DNA from: Bispira polyomma
Lineage: Eukaryota
Length of the DNA stretch: 64,000 nucleotides
NCBI GenBank assembly: GCA_965649765.1
Contig: OZ287753.1
Coordinates: forward strand, 69,874,001 to 69,938,000
Reading direction: 5' to 3'
The notes below the pieces were generated by a model, which searched no databases, was not told the DNA's origin, and worked only from the letters and a program-made list of their open reading frames with translations. Of the stretch, positions 52,269-64,000 are shown one piece after another; the first letter of the stretch is position 1, and the number at the start of each line of letters is the position of its first letter. A program made the translations under genes and the position numbers.

Positions 52269-53510
52269 CTAGAAAACAGTTTTTGATAACAAAAACGAAG
52301 CGTCCCTAAAGTTAAAATAATAATGAAATTGTTTAGTGTACAAGGTTTGATATTGTTTAAAAGTTGACATATAAGCAGAATCAGCACTTTTGGTCGAAAA
52401 TGAGCTCGAAATCGCTCTATCTAGCACCATTTCCGAGATAACGGACATTTTCGAAAAAGATGCAGAAATTCAAGATGGCCGCCAAAATTGAAAATTTCGT
52501 GAAAGTTTACATATAAGCTAAATCAACCCTGTGGGTCGAAAATGAGTTCAAAATCGCTCTATCTAGCACCGTTTCCGAGATAATGGACGCTTTCAAAAAA
52601 AACCTTAATTTTTAAAATTTTTGAAATTGAAATCGTTTTATCTCAGTAACGATCGCATGTTTTTGGATGGGGTAAAAAATAAATAAAAATTCAGGCTATT
52701 CTTTAAAAGTTACGCGCTGCATGTACTGGTCTAAAATTAAAAATAAAAAAAATCCTCACACGCTCAAAAAAGCACCCATCAACACATTTTTTTCCCCATT
52801 TTGTATGATTGATCGACCCTGTCAATCAGTCAATTATCACCAGATTGATCTAAAAATTTACGGACATCTATGCTTTGGTATTTGCAATGTGCATGCTAAA
52901 TTTCATTAAACTATGACAAGTACTTCAAAAGAAAAGTTGATAAAAGTGCAAGATAGAGCAAAATAGAGCAAGCTACTCATTTGAAGTACTCAGTACTCAT
53001 TGAGTACTAGACTTAGAACTGTGAGATTTTTACATCATACATAAAATCAAAAAGTAGATGAATAACTTATACCAAGAAAAAGCCGAAATCCCAATAGTTT
53101 CTGAGATAGCAAAAAAGTACCGATTTTTCGCATTTCAATAATAATCAATCGGTTGGCAATCGGTCAATTATCATCCGATTAATCTCATCAGCGTCTCCCG
53201 TCCTGAAAATTACCTTACCAAGGTACATACCAAATTTCATTGAGCTGTGATGAATACTTTCTGAGAAAACCTAGTGACAAGCACTTTTACACCCCCAGGG
53301 TCACCTGACATTTAAGTAGGCCAAAGTTCAAAGCCAAGAATATGAAAAAAATTTCCCACTCCTGGTTAAGAGAACTGCCAAAAATAATTTTGATGCAGAT
53401 AATATTGAAGGAGATATTCAAGGAAGGCCATGCGGCAGCACAGGCGGCGGCGGCAGCGAGGAAACCAGGGGTGAAACGAAATAAGCGCCCTTTTCAAGGG
53501 ACGCTTAATT
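52269..53510 (-). mobile_element. Second copy of the same HINE, inverted, with only about 2 repeat units
   Basis: Reverse complement of 11763-13814 with high identity. Confidence 0.9.
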
Positions 53511-56500
53511 ATCAGAGTTCTACTTAAAGGGGTTTGACACTATAATAAAAGTAACTCTATTCAGATAACAGAAAGTTTGGATAATAGAGGTTCTGCTGTA
53601 TATGTGAAAAGACTATGTAAACTAGAAGTTTTATATATATATATCGAAATCATCCACAGAAGCGCCCGATCTCGCATTATTGCCAGCGCCCAAAATGTGC
53701 CAGAAAGCTGCTGAACACCCAATTTTACACACGAAAACCCATACCAGACGTGATAAAAAATATTAATTACCTAATAAAAACTACTTTCCCTTGTTTATTA
53801 CATCCATATTATATTATTTTAGTCCAGTGTTTGTAACATAAACAAACCACATAGTTTTTGGTATGACGCAATTTGACCTTGTTTGCTGGCTTCGTACATC
53901 ATAATGGCCAATGCTCACGTAATCACCCACCCCGTTTCTTTCCAATTTCGACGTATCGCTCAGTGGGTGCTTCCACGGAAGATTTGGTTATATAACCAGG
54001 TATAGTAGTAATCCGTGTGGAGGATGTAGAATGTTTTAAAAAAGGTAATATTCAGTTTGATAAGTTGGAAAAGTAATCTCATATGTTTTGTTATTTCTTG
54101 CAGTTGCAGTGCATTGGTATTTTATGTCCATAAATCAGTAAAAGTTTGTTAATTTAAACATATCACAGTGTGGAATGGTAAATCTGTTGATTCTTTATGT
54201 GTTTTCAAGTGATCAGTTGATGTGTATAAAGTATAATTTATAGTTTCAAACAAGTATAGTATACTGTATTAAGTATCAAGTGATTATAACTGCTTATATT
54301 CAAGCAGTTTTTGAGCAATTTCTAATTCCGGCATTTATAAAATGTTTTTTATTTCCATTTGTTTTTTAAAAGACCTGGACTAGAATAAAGTACTGACAGT
54401 GCTTGGAATAATTGTGAATAAATGTTAAAAAATGAATTGACATATGTTTTATTGTTTTTATCTCCAAACTATAATCAGATTTTTTAAGTTTGGATGTCTC
54501 TCCCAAAAAGATAACACACCCACACGAAATATTGCACAAGACGCATGTGACCGACCTAATGGGCAAACTGGGTGCAAAATGAAAGTCTTTCCAATAACTT
54601 TGCCAGGGCCCTATGAACATATTGTAGGAAGTATTCTAGCTCTCCAAGCAGGACCCAGGTTAAATGTGCCCATTTGATTAGATTATAAGGTACTTGCCCT
54701 TTCAAATCATTAGCTTACCAAGGAACTTGACCATTTTGTGAATTCACAAAAAATTTGCTTTGCATTTTTTTGGGCGGATATGTCTGCTTTATTTAGCAAT
54801 TCTACGTAATTATCGGAATGTTGTCTTTGTGTGCATAAGCAATCTAAGCAGTCATCCAGGTTGTAGGCCAATTATGAAAGTGATCTTAAAACAAATTTTT
54901 ATGGTCCAAAACTTCAGTAACTTTCCAGGGCCTGGTAAATGTGTACCAGTAAGCATCATGTAAATTACAAGTAACCCTTTTTGAAATATTATACAAAATA
55001 TTGGAAATTTACTTTTATGACCGTTGTGTGACCTTTAAGCCAAGGTTATGTGTCAGACTTGAACAGTATATTTGATTCTTTGCAGCAGTTCACCTAAAAA
55101 AAGACTTCATGTTCTAAACCATATTTTATGGGAATGGAATAAAGTATGGCGGGACTTGAAACATTGAAATAACATAGATTGTCATGAGTGAAATAATGAT
55201 TTTAAAGTTTATTAAGTCATATAACAATTCTATCTTACATCATAAAAACAGTCATGTGTGGCTTGTTTATGAAAAAAACCCATAATTTCTCTTTTTAAGG
55301 TTTCTTTTTTGGCTACAACCCTATACATTTTGTGATCTGTTGAACTTTTAATTAACACATTGTTTGAACTGGATATTGTCTTTAGGTAAAAGCTCAAATC
55401 ACAAAAATGGTTTATGCTAAAATGCATATATTGAAATCTGTCCCAAATGCCTCACAGCTACATAACAAGCAATCAGTGACCTATAAATCAGTCACATATT
55501 CGTTCGCTAACAGTCAACCTAATGAACCTATAGGCAATTTGCATCAAAACAAGATGAAAAAGCTGTTATTTTGATTCCTGAACTTTTTGTTGCATCAAAA
55601 TCCAATAAGAAGTACCAAGCTTTCAAAACCAGGGCTTTTGTCTAAGTTTAGGTTTGAGAAAAAAAATCCAATTAATTTTAACGAAGGAAATCGTCCATTT
55701 GTGTTGTAATAATAAAAACTGGGGCTTTTAAAAACGTGTAGAAAATTTCGGATACCATAAAGGATACCTGGTAAGTGTCAAGTTCAATTTTCGGGCCGAT
55801 TTTACAAAAATGCTGTCGCAACACGAAATCAGCACCAACACATCAGTCAGTGAGACTAGCCTTGCTAGACTCACTCATTAAAAACAATATAATGTTATTA
55901 CAAGTTAAGATTTTCAGTTATTATACTACACATAGTAAGGTCTTAGTATATACCAACAGGGCCGGTACAGTAGAACTTCTATTACATAAATTTATTTCCA
56001 CTCCCAAATTTCAGTTTTCCTATTGTTTTATACAGTAATGCCTCTTATATTTGATAAATGTTCTATTGTCTAAGCAAAATCTTTCCCTTTTACAGCATGT
56101 TTGGATAGTTAAAGTTATCAGGATTATTACCAAAGTTAGCAACAATGTGTGACTAGTACTAGATCGGTGAGGCATTTAAAATTATAAATTTGTGTACACA
56201 CGTGTGTGTGCTAGTTATTAGAACTGCAATGATTAGTCGAGCAATCGATGTATCATCAGTCGACTGACAAATATAGTGATACAGCAACAAGTTTAGGCTT
56301 TGAAACTCCCATCTTGCTGGATTTTAGTATTCGCCGCCCTAAAGCCCATTGTTGCCAAGATAAAATACAAAGAATTAGATAATGTTCTAACTTTTTGTTT
56401 ATTTTACACTTTAAGTTGAAAAATAGTTGAGTATATATTGGGGTTTTTTTATTCATCAATTGCATATGATGCATGGAGATGTGTGTCTTGATGCGTGTAG

Positions 56501-58151
56501 GTGATAATTGATGCAAATGACTTGTAGCTTTACTAAATACAGTAGAACCTCTATTATTTAAACATGTTGGGACAGCAAGGTCCGGTTTATAGAAGATTCA
56601 TCAATCATAAAATAAAATCAGCATTTTTGTATGAAAACACTGAGAAAACTTAAGTTTGGGAGATTGAAATTAAAATATTCTGATAATAGAAGTTCGAAAG
56701 AGAGAAAAATTGCATTGAAACCACTCACTACTATTTAGTCTGGAAAGTACTAGATTTGATCAGAATATGTTGGACATGTAGCCCCAGAGCCAGCACACTT
56801 TTATTTACCCCGTAATGGCCAAATCTGTGCTTGATTTTTCTTAAAGTAAATTTAATGCTGAATTCAAAAATAATCATCTTACAAAAATCGAGTTTGAACT
56901 TGGAAGAAGGTACCATTAAACAAACAAGTGCAGATTTGGCCATTCTGGGGTAAAGTGTGATGGCTCTGGGGCTAATGTATTTAACCACAGAAAAAATACT
57001 TGATCTTCGGCTCATACAAAAAAAATCCCCTTGGAAGTATCAAATTCTTGAAAACACTGACTTGTCATAGAAAAAATAAACAGCAGGAAGGGAAAAAACT
57101 AAATTTTATAGATAAGACTGGTATCACTATAACAGCTTCTAAGTTTTTAGGCAGTTGTATGGAAAATACTAGGGAGAATTTATCACAATAACATTGTATT
57201 TTACCACAACAAAAACATTGCAATTTTTTTTTATAAAATATAGTCTGTATATTGAAAAACAGAAAAACAGTTAAAACATATCAACCCTTCTTTTTCTTGG
57301 AAGAAGTGATAAAATGTGGTCCACTTGACATCAACAAACATGACAATATATTTTTGACAAACTTGACACAAAAATCCAATATTTTAAATTGAACATATTG
57401 CTAGATATATAATAGGTGTTCTGGTGAAAGGTTTCTGAAAAAAGTAGTTCTTTTATAGAGTATGTGTTTCTAATAATTGCCCTTTGGCTCAGACCATTAA
57501 TTTTAAAGAAACACCTGATTCTCGGCTATTCTCCTACACAGAATTTTCTTAGATTAAGTAAGGTCTTGACCATCCTTGGAATCAAAGCTCATGCTTAGAA
57601 AATTTTCGAAGAATAAGAAAAAATTATAAGTATAAGAACTTAGTGACTACTGCCCCTGTTGTGAAATTGTGAATATGGCCCATTGGTAATGTTATTAAAA
57701 AAGTTATAGGTCATGCTTAGAAAATTTTTTCTAAGAATAAGAAAAAATTTTTAGTATAAGAATTTAGTGAATACCAAAAATTCTTATTCTAAGTGTAAGA
57801 CCTTAGTCCCGTTGTGAATTAATGGCCCCTTGGTAATGTCATTAAAGAAGTTATAGTAGATCCACTGTAATCTGAACTTCTGTTCTCCAAATATTCAATT
57901 AAATAAACATAAACTTTTCCTATTGTTCTGTACAGAAATGCACCTTCTATTTTATGCACCTTCTATTATCTAAATAGAATACAGTAGACTCTCTATAAGT
58001 AGAACCAGTGTAAGTCAAATGTAGGTATAAGTGGAACCAGTTTCGAGGTCCCAACACCAGAAAATACTGTATTTTTGTAGGTATAAGTAGGAGTTAATTG
58101 TAATTATAATTGTACTTTTATAGCGCTTAATCTCCCCTTAACGAAAGGGAC

Positions 58152-60276
58152 TGTTACATAGAAGGACATTGTGGTATGTTAAAGCACTCTGCTAGAGTGA
58201 TCTATTTATAGATTTGGGGAAACCCCTAAGCTTCTAGAAGCTGTTTCTATTTTGTTTCTGTTGTTATTGAAGCTGTCCTTATTTGTTTACATCTCAATCT
58301 GGAACATTATAGCAATGGTTCACATATTCTAGCAACCTTCCCTAGCAGTGGTATATATAAGGATTGACAGCCTGGCCACAGACCAGAGTATATTAAGTTG
58401 GGGTGCTATATGAACTGCTATACTGTGAAACATTTTATTTCTTTCCCTGTGGATATAAACTGATTACTATATATGTTTTTGTGGTGAACTCATTGAAGTG
58501 AACTAGATAAAAAGTTGTGGATCTACCAGAGATTGGATTTACTGCATACTGGATATTGTTTGCATCCTGGACTGGATAGCTTAGTTGTGCAGACTCTCTG
58601 GATATATACATTTTGTGTTTGTGGACACCGAACGGATAACAGGATACAGGCATTGTGTGGACACCGAGCGGATTTCAAGACAGATTGCTGGATACAGTGG
58701 ACAAACTTGTTTACCGTATTTGACGTAATTAGTGCACAGTGCCCTTAGAAAAATAAATTACCTCTATAAATGAGGTTTTAAGTGTTTTCTGGTAACCGCC
58801 CAGGCCTACAAAAGAGCATATCTGTCTGTTCACAGATGAAATGTTTGGAGACCCCATGTAGAAACATATTAGTGCCTGCATTGAGGTGATCTTACCCATC
58901 TACATACAAGTCTACCATGTCAATTTACACCTTAAACTGAGACAAACAAAAATGTGTAAATGATGTCACTATAGGATCCAAATATTATATAATTATTCCC
59001 AAGCCAAAAATTAACTGGTTTGATTGAACACAGATGAATTAAAAAATGTGAAGTTAATAAATTTGCAGCAAGTGTTATTTAGATTAAGGCTGATTTTTGG
59101 TTTTGAAAATATATAGCATGTATCTTTTGCAGGTCTGTTCACACTGGTAAATTTTACAATCTATCTGATAAGGAAAGCTCCACAATAAAGTAATACTGTT
59201 AAAAGATGCTGTAAAACTGAAAGTTATTGAAAATTTATTTGGTAACTTTACTATCTTACTCTCTTATTGTCAGTATGATAAATTCTCTTAGCTTTTAAAG
59301 GCATAACTATTTCAAACTTCTGCAGCCTACAACAAGAAATAAAATGTGTACTTGACGAATGAAACTTAAAGCAAAATTTTGATCATTTACTATAAATTTC
59401 TACTGGATTTTAATGGCCATTTGCTGCAGTTAATGGTAGGACAGAAATAGTAACCTTGCTTGGGCTTGTATTTCACACCATTGATCTAAATAATATATTT
59501 ATTTATTTAAATTTAAAATTTTTGTTTAAATAACATATTAGAGATTATATTCTAATTACATTTATCATGCTAAAGTAGCTAAACTCATTACTACTTATTA
59601 TTTTGCCACCAATGGGTGTGCATACTGATTTTCCTAAATACAATAAAGTTAAGCCTTAAATATCTTTTAACAAGGCTACTTTATCAGTCACTTTCTAAAG
59701 TGTTCAAATTTATGACTAATTCCTAGCTTTGTAAACCTAAGTGCAGGAAGACTGCGTCAGTTACTATCACAAGTTTACTTTCACAGGCACCAAAAGTCTT
59801 GATTGCAGTTATTAATTTGTAGTAGAAAATAACCCTAGTACTAGAATTGTATATAGTATTTATTGCAGTTACTTGCAAATACTTTTATTTTAAAAATAGC
59901 AGTAGAATTTTTTTTTCCTCTTTCAAATTCTCATTTGCATAGGTACATGCTGATACTTAACATAGGGCTGAAGTAATATTTCAAATAGAGAACCATAACA
60001 AACATAAAATTAGGGGATGTGCGGTTAATGGGGCATGTGCGGTAATTACGTCGATTACGGTAATTGTTATTTATGTGGACAGGACTGTGGCCAGGTCAGA
60101 TTGGTTTAATTATTGTATTATTGTATGAACCATTAAGAGTATCTTGGTTGACTGTAATTCTGTAATTGTTATTTTATTTGTTAAATAAATTTGTTAAGTG
60201 AAACTTTTTGTCTTTTCCTGTTACAGCCTCAAAGCAACCGGTAATTGCTACCACGCTTGCTCCCGTGACCGTAACA
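58152..60276 (+). mobile_element. Solo LTR, about 780 bp after removing the nested element
   Basis: TGTTAC...GTAACA termini, 5-bp TSD gggac/ggaac, TATA-like tatataa near 58352, AATAAA near 60184; it splits the retroposon tail exactly. Confidence 0.75.
58714..60060. mobile_element. Non-autonomous Tc1/mariner-superfamily element nested in the LTR
   Basis: TA-CCGTATTTGACGTAATTA...TAATTACGTCGATTACGG-TA. Confidence 0.78.
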
Positions 60277-60559
60277 GGAACTCTAAGGCGCAACAGCACA
60301 AAAGACAGTAATCCAATTTCCAATATCAAGGGACAGAAAAGGGTCAGCACCACAGAGCTATAACTAGAACTAAATCCTGTGGATATCTGACGTTCTAGCT
60401 TTATAGAGTCTACTGTATTGTTAGATAGGATGATTATTAGACTATAGTGTTATTACCTCCCTGAACAAATTCAAATACATTGTATTGTTCTTTCAACAGG
60501 TTTAGATCATAGAGGTTAATCTACTGTCATTTAACATTCACTAGGTTATATTTAATATA

Positions 60560-60745
60560 CAGTAGAACCTCTATTTTACGGAAATCTTGGGGAGTGAGAA
60601 TGTGATTGGATAATAGAAGGTCCGTAAAATAGAAGTGGCATTTTAGTCTAAAACACTAGCAAAAAAAAAGATTGGAAGAGTGAAATTAAGTTTGTAATTT
60701 CAAATATTTGAATAATAGAGGGTTGGATAATAAGATGTCCTACTG
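60560..60745. mobile_element. Tc1/pogo-type MITE (CAGTAGAACCTC family)
   Basis: TA-cagtagaacctctatt...ataataagatgtcctactg-TA. Confidence 0.75.
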
Positions 60746-61480
60746 TATGTATATAATTCAATATTGGGATATGCGCCACAGCGGATGCCAGGTCATTGAT
60801 TACGGCGCTATAGAAGTAACCACATTGACATTAAAAAAAAATAATACAAGTACATATTGGGCTGAAATCTCCTAAAGTATTTTTAATGTAAGACTACGAC
60901 AAAGTTATGCGGTATATAAAACAATAAAAAAAAATATCACTAAACTTACTGTTACTGATACATTTATCTGCTAAACTAATAACGCTTGCAGTTCTATACA
61001 CAAAAGATCAAAACATGACAAACAGAAAATAACTAAAATGTATGATATCAATCTGAAAAAATTGTTCAACATATACATATATATATATATCTGGGAAGCA
61101 AATGCACTTTGCCGGTACCAATTATGTTTGTTTATAAACGTTTTTTAAAATGGCAGAAAGAATATAGCTTAAAAGTGTCCTTTTTGAAGCCAATATTACA
61201 CAAAAAATATAAAATTAAGCATGCGTAGATAATTTATGACAGTCAGAAAAAAACAATTTCTTAATAGTTTAAGAACCCCTTGTTAAAATTTTGAAATAGA
61301 GTTAGTGACGTCATATCGGTTGCGGCAAACTGCATTCTAGTCCTATCTGGTTGCTATGGTTACACACAATAAACACTTGAGCATATTTTGTACTCCCCAT
61401 GTACTTGCATTGATGGTGTTGATTTAAAAACAATATTCCTAACAAAACTCGCTGTCACAAGATTACATTTAAAGGTGAGG

Positions 61481-61877
61481 GTTTTAATTCAGGACATATT
61501 TTGTGTAAAACTAGTACACGGCCACTCATACTATCGTTCGGGTCATTATACCATCCGTTGCATTTAAAACAAATTTAGCGACAGAAATTACTATTGAAAA
61601 CACATGCTTATTTATGCCTATGAATTAAGGTACAGAATAATTTATTTTATTTTAAAGAAATCTATGTTTTAGACATTTAAATGTGCGTTGTACGGTTTTG
61701 TCACCCGCGACCAGTATTATGCTCACCTGTGTAATCCAAGGAATTAATGTGTTCCAACTGATTTACCTTTCAGAGGTATAGAATAAAGTTAATTTACAAA
61801 TTTCTGGCAGTGTGGTTTGTCTATTTTACCCATCAAATATTATCCATCTTAAAAACAAGTGTCCTGAATTAAAACCA
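61481..61877. mobile_element. MITE-like element with 17-bp inverted ends
   Basis: ggttttaattcaggaca / tgtcctgaattaaaacc. Confidence 0.55.
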
Positions 61878-63247
61878 TTTGGTTTTTCCACCACCTATTG
61901 ACTACACAATATCACAAGAACCATATAATGGGTTAACTTCAATTCTAAAGGTTGATTCACACACACGCTGGATCTGTATTTTAGAAAAATTTGGTACACA
62001 CCAGATAAAATTTAAAGATATTTTATATCTTAATTTTATGTGGATTCAACAAGCAAATTTCCAGCCTGTAAGTTAGAACGGTAAATTTATGTGGTAAATT
62101 TAATGTTTCGGCGAAGATTTTATGAGCATCATACAATTTTTTCGTCCAGGCCAAATTTAATCAAACTAAATTCTCATTTTCCATATTTATATGGATCCAA
62201 TTGCCAATCCTGATGTGTTACTGTATGAATCTACCTTATGGATTATAAGATAACAATAACAAAACCTTCAGCAAATATACACAGAGACAATATATAATAT
62301 CCCAGAATACTTACATTTATTTAAACTCCTATAGCAGAAGTGTTTGATTATTTTTTATTGGGCCATTATTCAAAGATATTCTTAGAATTTCTTTATCATA
62401 AAAGTTTGTAGTTATATAACCAGTGCTCAAAATTGCTTCGTTTAATACTTGACTAGCCAATGAAATGCGTAGATTCAACAAACTAGAGGGGAAAAAATCC
62501 TTTCGAACACCATCATCAGGATTATGGTGTCAGAGAAGATAGGTGGACCGCTAAAAGTAGATCCACACTGCAGCGAATCCGGATACGTATAATTATTTAA
62601 AAAATTGATCCTGTCTGTTTCCTATTTACACTGGACAGAAAATTCGGCCAAATCATGTAAAATTTTCTGCTACTTTGCAAGTGCTTAGAAGGGACCCGGA
62701 TCCCTCAAAAATTATAAATAAAATGTGTGTAAATTTAATCCAGGATGGATGCTCACTGTTTTATTTGTGTCAAAATTATACGAATACGTGTGATCTGGAT
62801 CCGGCCTGTGTGAATTGACTTTTAAAGCCCAAATTCTCTCAAAGTTAAATTCTTTTGAGGGAAACGTGGATGGCACTTTACAAAGAATGTACACACATAC
62901 TGCATGCATTTGTAAGTGTATTGATATTTCATTTACTATTTACATCCGATTGCTAAATACACAGCAACATTGACTTTAAGTACACTTAACATTGTATGTT
63001 TCAAAACTCTGCAAACTCTACACTGACCAATGAAATAGCAAAACTCCATACGATAACTAGATATACATTTATAACATGTGAAGAATCTGTTTTCAAATAT
63101 TCAAATTCAGTGCATAATTTATCAAAAGACTTAAATTTATAAAATTATTTTCAGCAAATACTGACTAATAAACTGTTATTAAAAATGCTCTATATTTTCT
63201 CTATTAGTTTCACGCAATAACCAATCAAGTACATTTAGCGTCTGTAA

Positions 63248-63570
63248 AGGTATAAACACACACAGACGGATCGTCGATCAGGTTGTTCATCATGGACACT
63301 GTAGGGGGACACATTGGACCAGATCCTGTCTATGGATCTGATTCGGATTTTTTAACACAGATTTTTTTTCTTAATCAGAGACGAATATTTTTAGTGGATT
63401 GCTATGATTGATGTACATACATAATTTTCACGGTAAATTTACAGCAAGTTAACATCTTTATTACTCATTATCTTCTTTGTTAGTATAGCTGCAAAGAATA
63501 TAAATCCTATATGGGATTTAAATCCCATTCAGTCCGTAAATTTGGAGACTAGCTGTGTGTGTTTAGACCT
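63248..63570. mobile_element. Shorter copy of the same Harbinger-type MITE
   Basis: Same TIRs and interior catcatggacactgtagggggacaca. Confidence 0.8.
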
Positions 63571-63743
63571 TGAAACAACATTTTTTTTAACCTCACAATG
63601 TATTTCTTTTTAATGGGTTTTATATCTGGATGAAAAAAAATGTTCAAAAAAAAAAAGATGAAATGAAAGTACACATACACTCTCCTAAAACTAGAAGGAC
63701 CTACTTAGATGAAGAATTACATATACTTCTAGTTTGTTCTGGA

Positions 63744-63894
63744 CTATTCATCATCAGTGATGAGTTTTCGGCACTGTTTGTTGTTCGGTCGTGGCAGTGG
63801 GTAACACACGGGTTGGGATGTCATGGTGCGGCTGATCCGGGCAATATAACCCTTCTTGAACCCACGGGCATATTCAAACTTCTCCACTTTGTGG
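63744..63894 (-). CDS. Probable terminal coding exon of an unidentified gene (HKVEKFEYARGFKKGYIARISRTMTSQPVCYPLPRPNNKQCRKLITDDE*)
   Basis: GC-richer island; - strand acceptor tattctatttttag; 49 codons to TAG; protein family not recognised. Confidence 0.6.
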
Positions 63895-64000
63895 CTAAAA
63901 ATAGAATATACACACACAACTACTCAAGGTGATATGATGCTGTAAACTCTGAAATTTGTTTTTTATAGTTATTTTTAACCAATTTATCTTTGCCCAGTAT

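Noticed and set aside
63630-63932. + strand 100-aa ORF
   Set aside because: It starts in an A-run and is better explained as antisense to the - strand exon.

Overview
AT-rich, intron-rich animal genomic DNA; the SINE, HINE and MITE repertoire looks mollusc- or lophotrochozoan-like (inference). It is not prokaryotic. Two + strand genes can be rebuilt exon by exon with consistent GT-AG phases. CNOT3 (CCR4-NOT subunit 3) has 15 coding exons at 559-22072, with its first coding exon upstream of the window and a candidate cassette exon at 10157/10208-10306. ZCCHC24 (CCHC knuckle plus 3CxxC zinc domain, about 304 aa) has 5 coding exons at 35391-42839. A probable terminal exon of an unidentified - strand gene lies at 63744-63894. 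The rest is introns, probable long 3'UTRs and non-autonomous elements: tRNA-derived SINEs, hAT, Harbinger and Tc1/pogo-type MITEs, Helentron-like HINEs, L2 and RTE-X LINE remnants and a solo LTR, often nested. The most unusual signals are: (i) tandem duplications seeded on splice junctions, one giving an in-frame extra CxxC in ZCCHC24; (ii) a candidate CNOT3 cassette exon bracketed by an inverted MITE pair; (iii) two exact locally templated insertions inside transposons; (iv) a possible recursive-splice exon in CNOT3; (v) a Pumilio-element-rich region downstream of ZCCHC24. All coordinates were read by eye and no searches were run.
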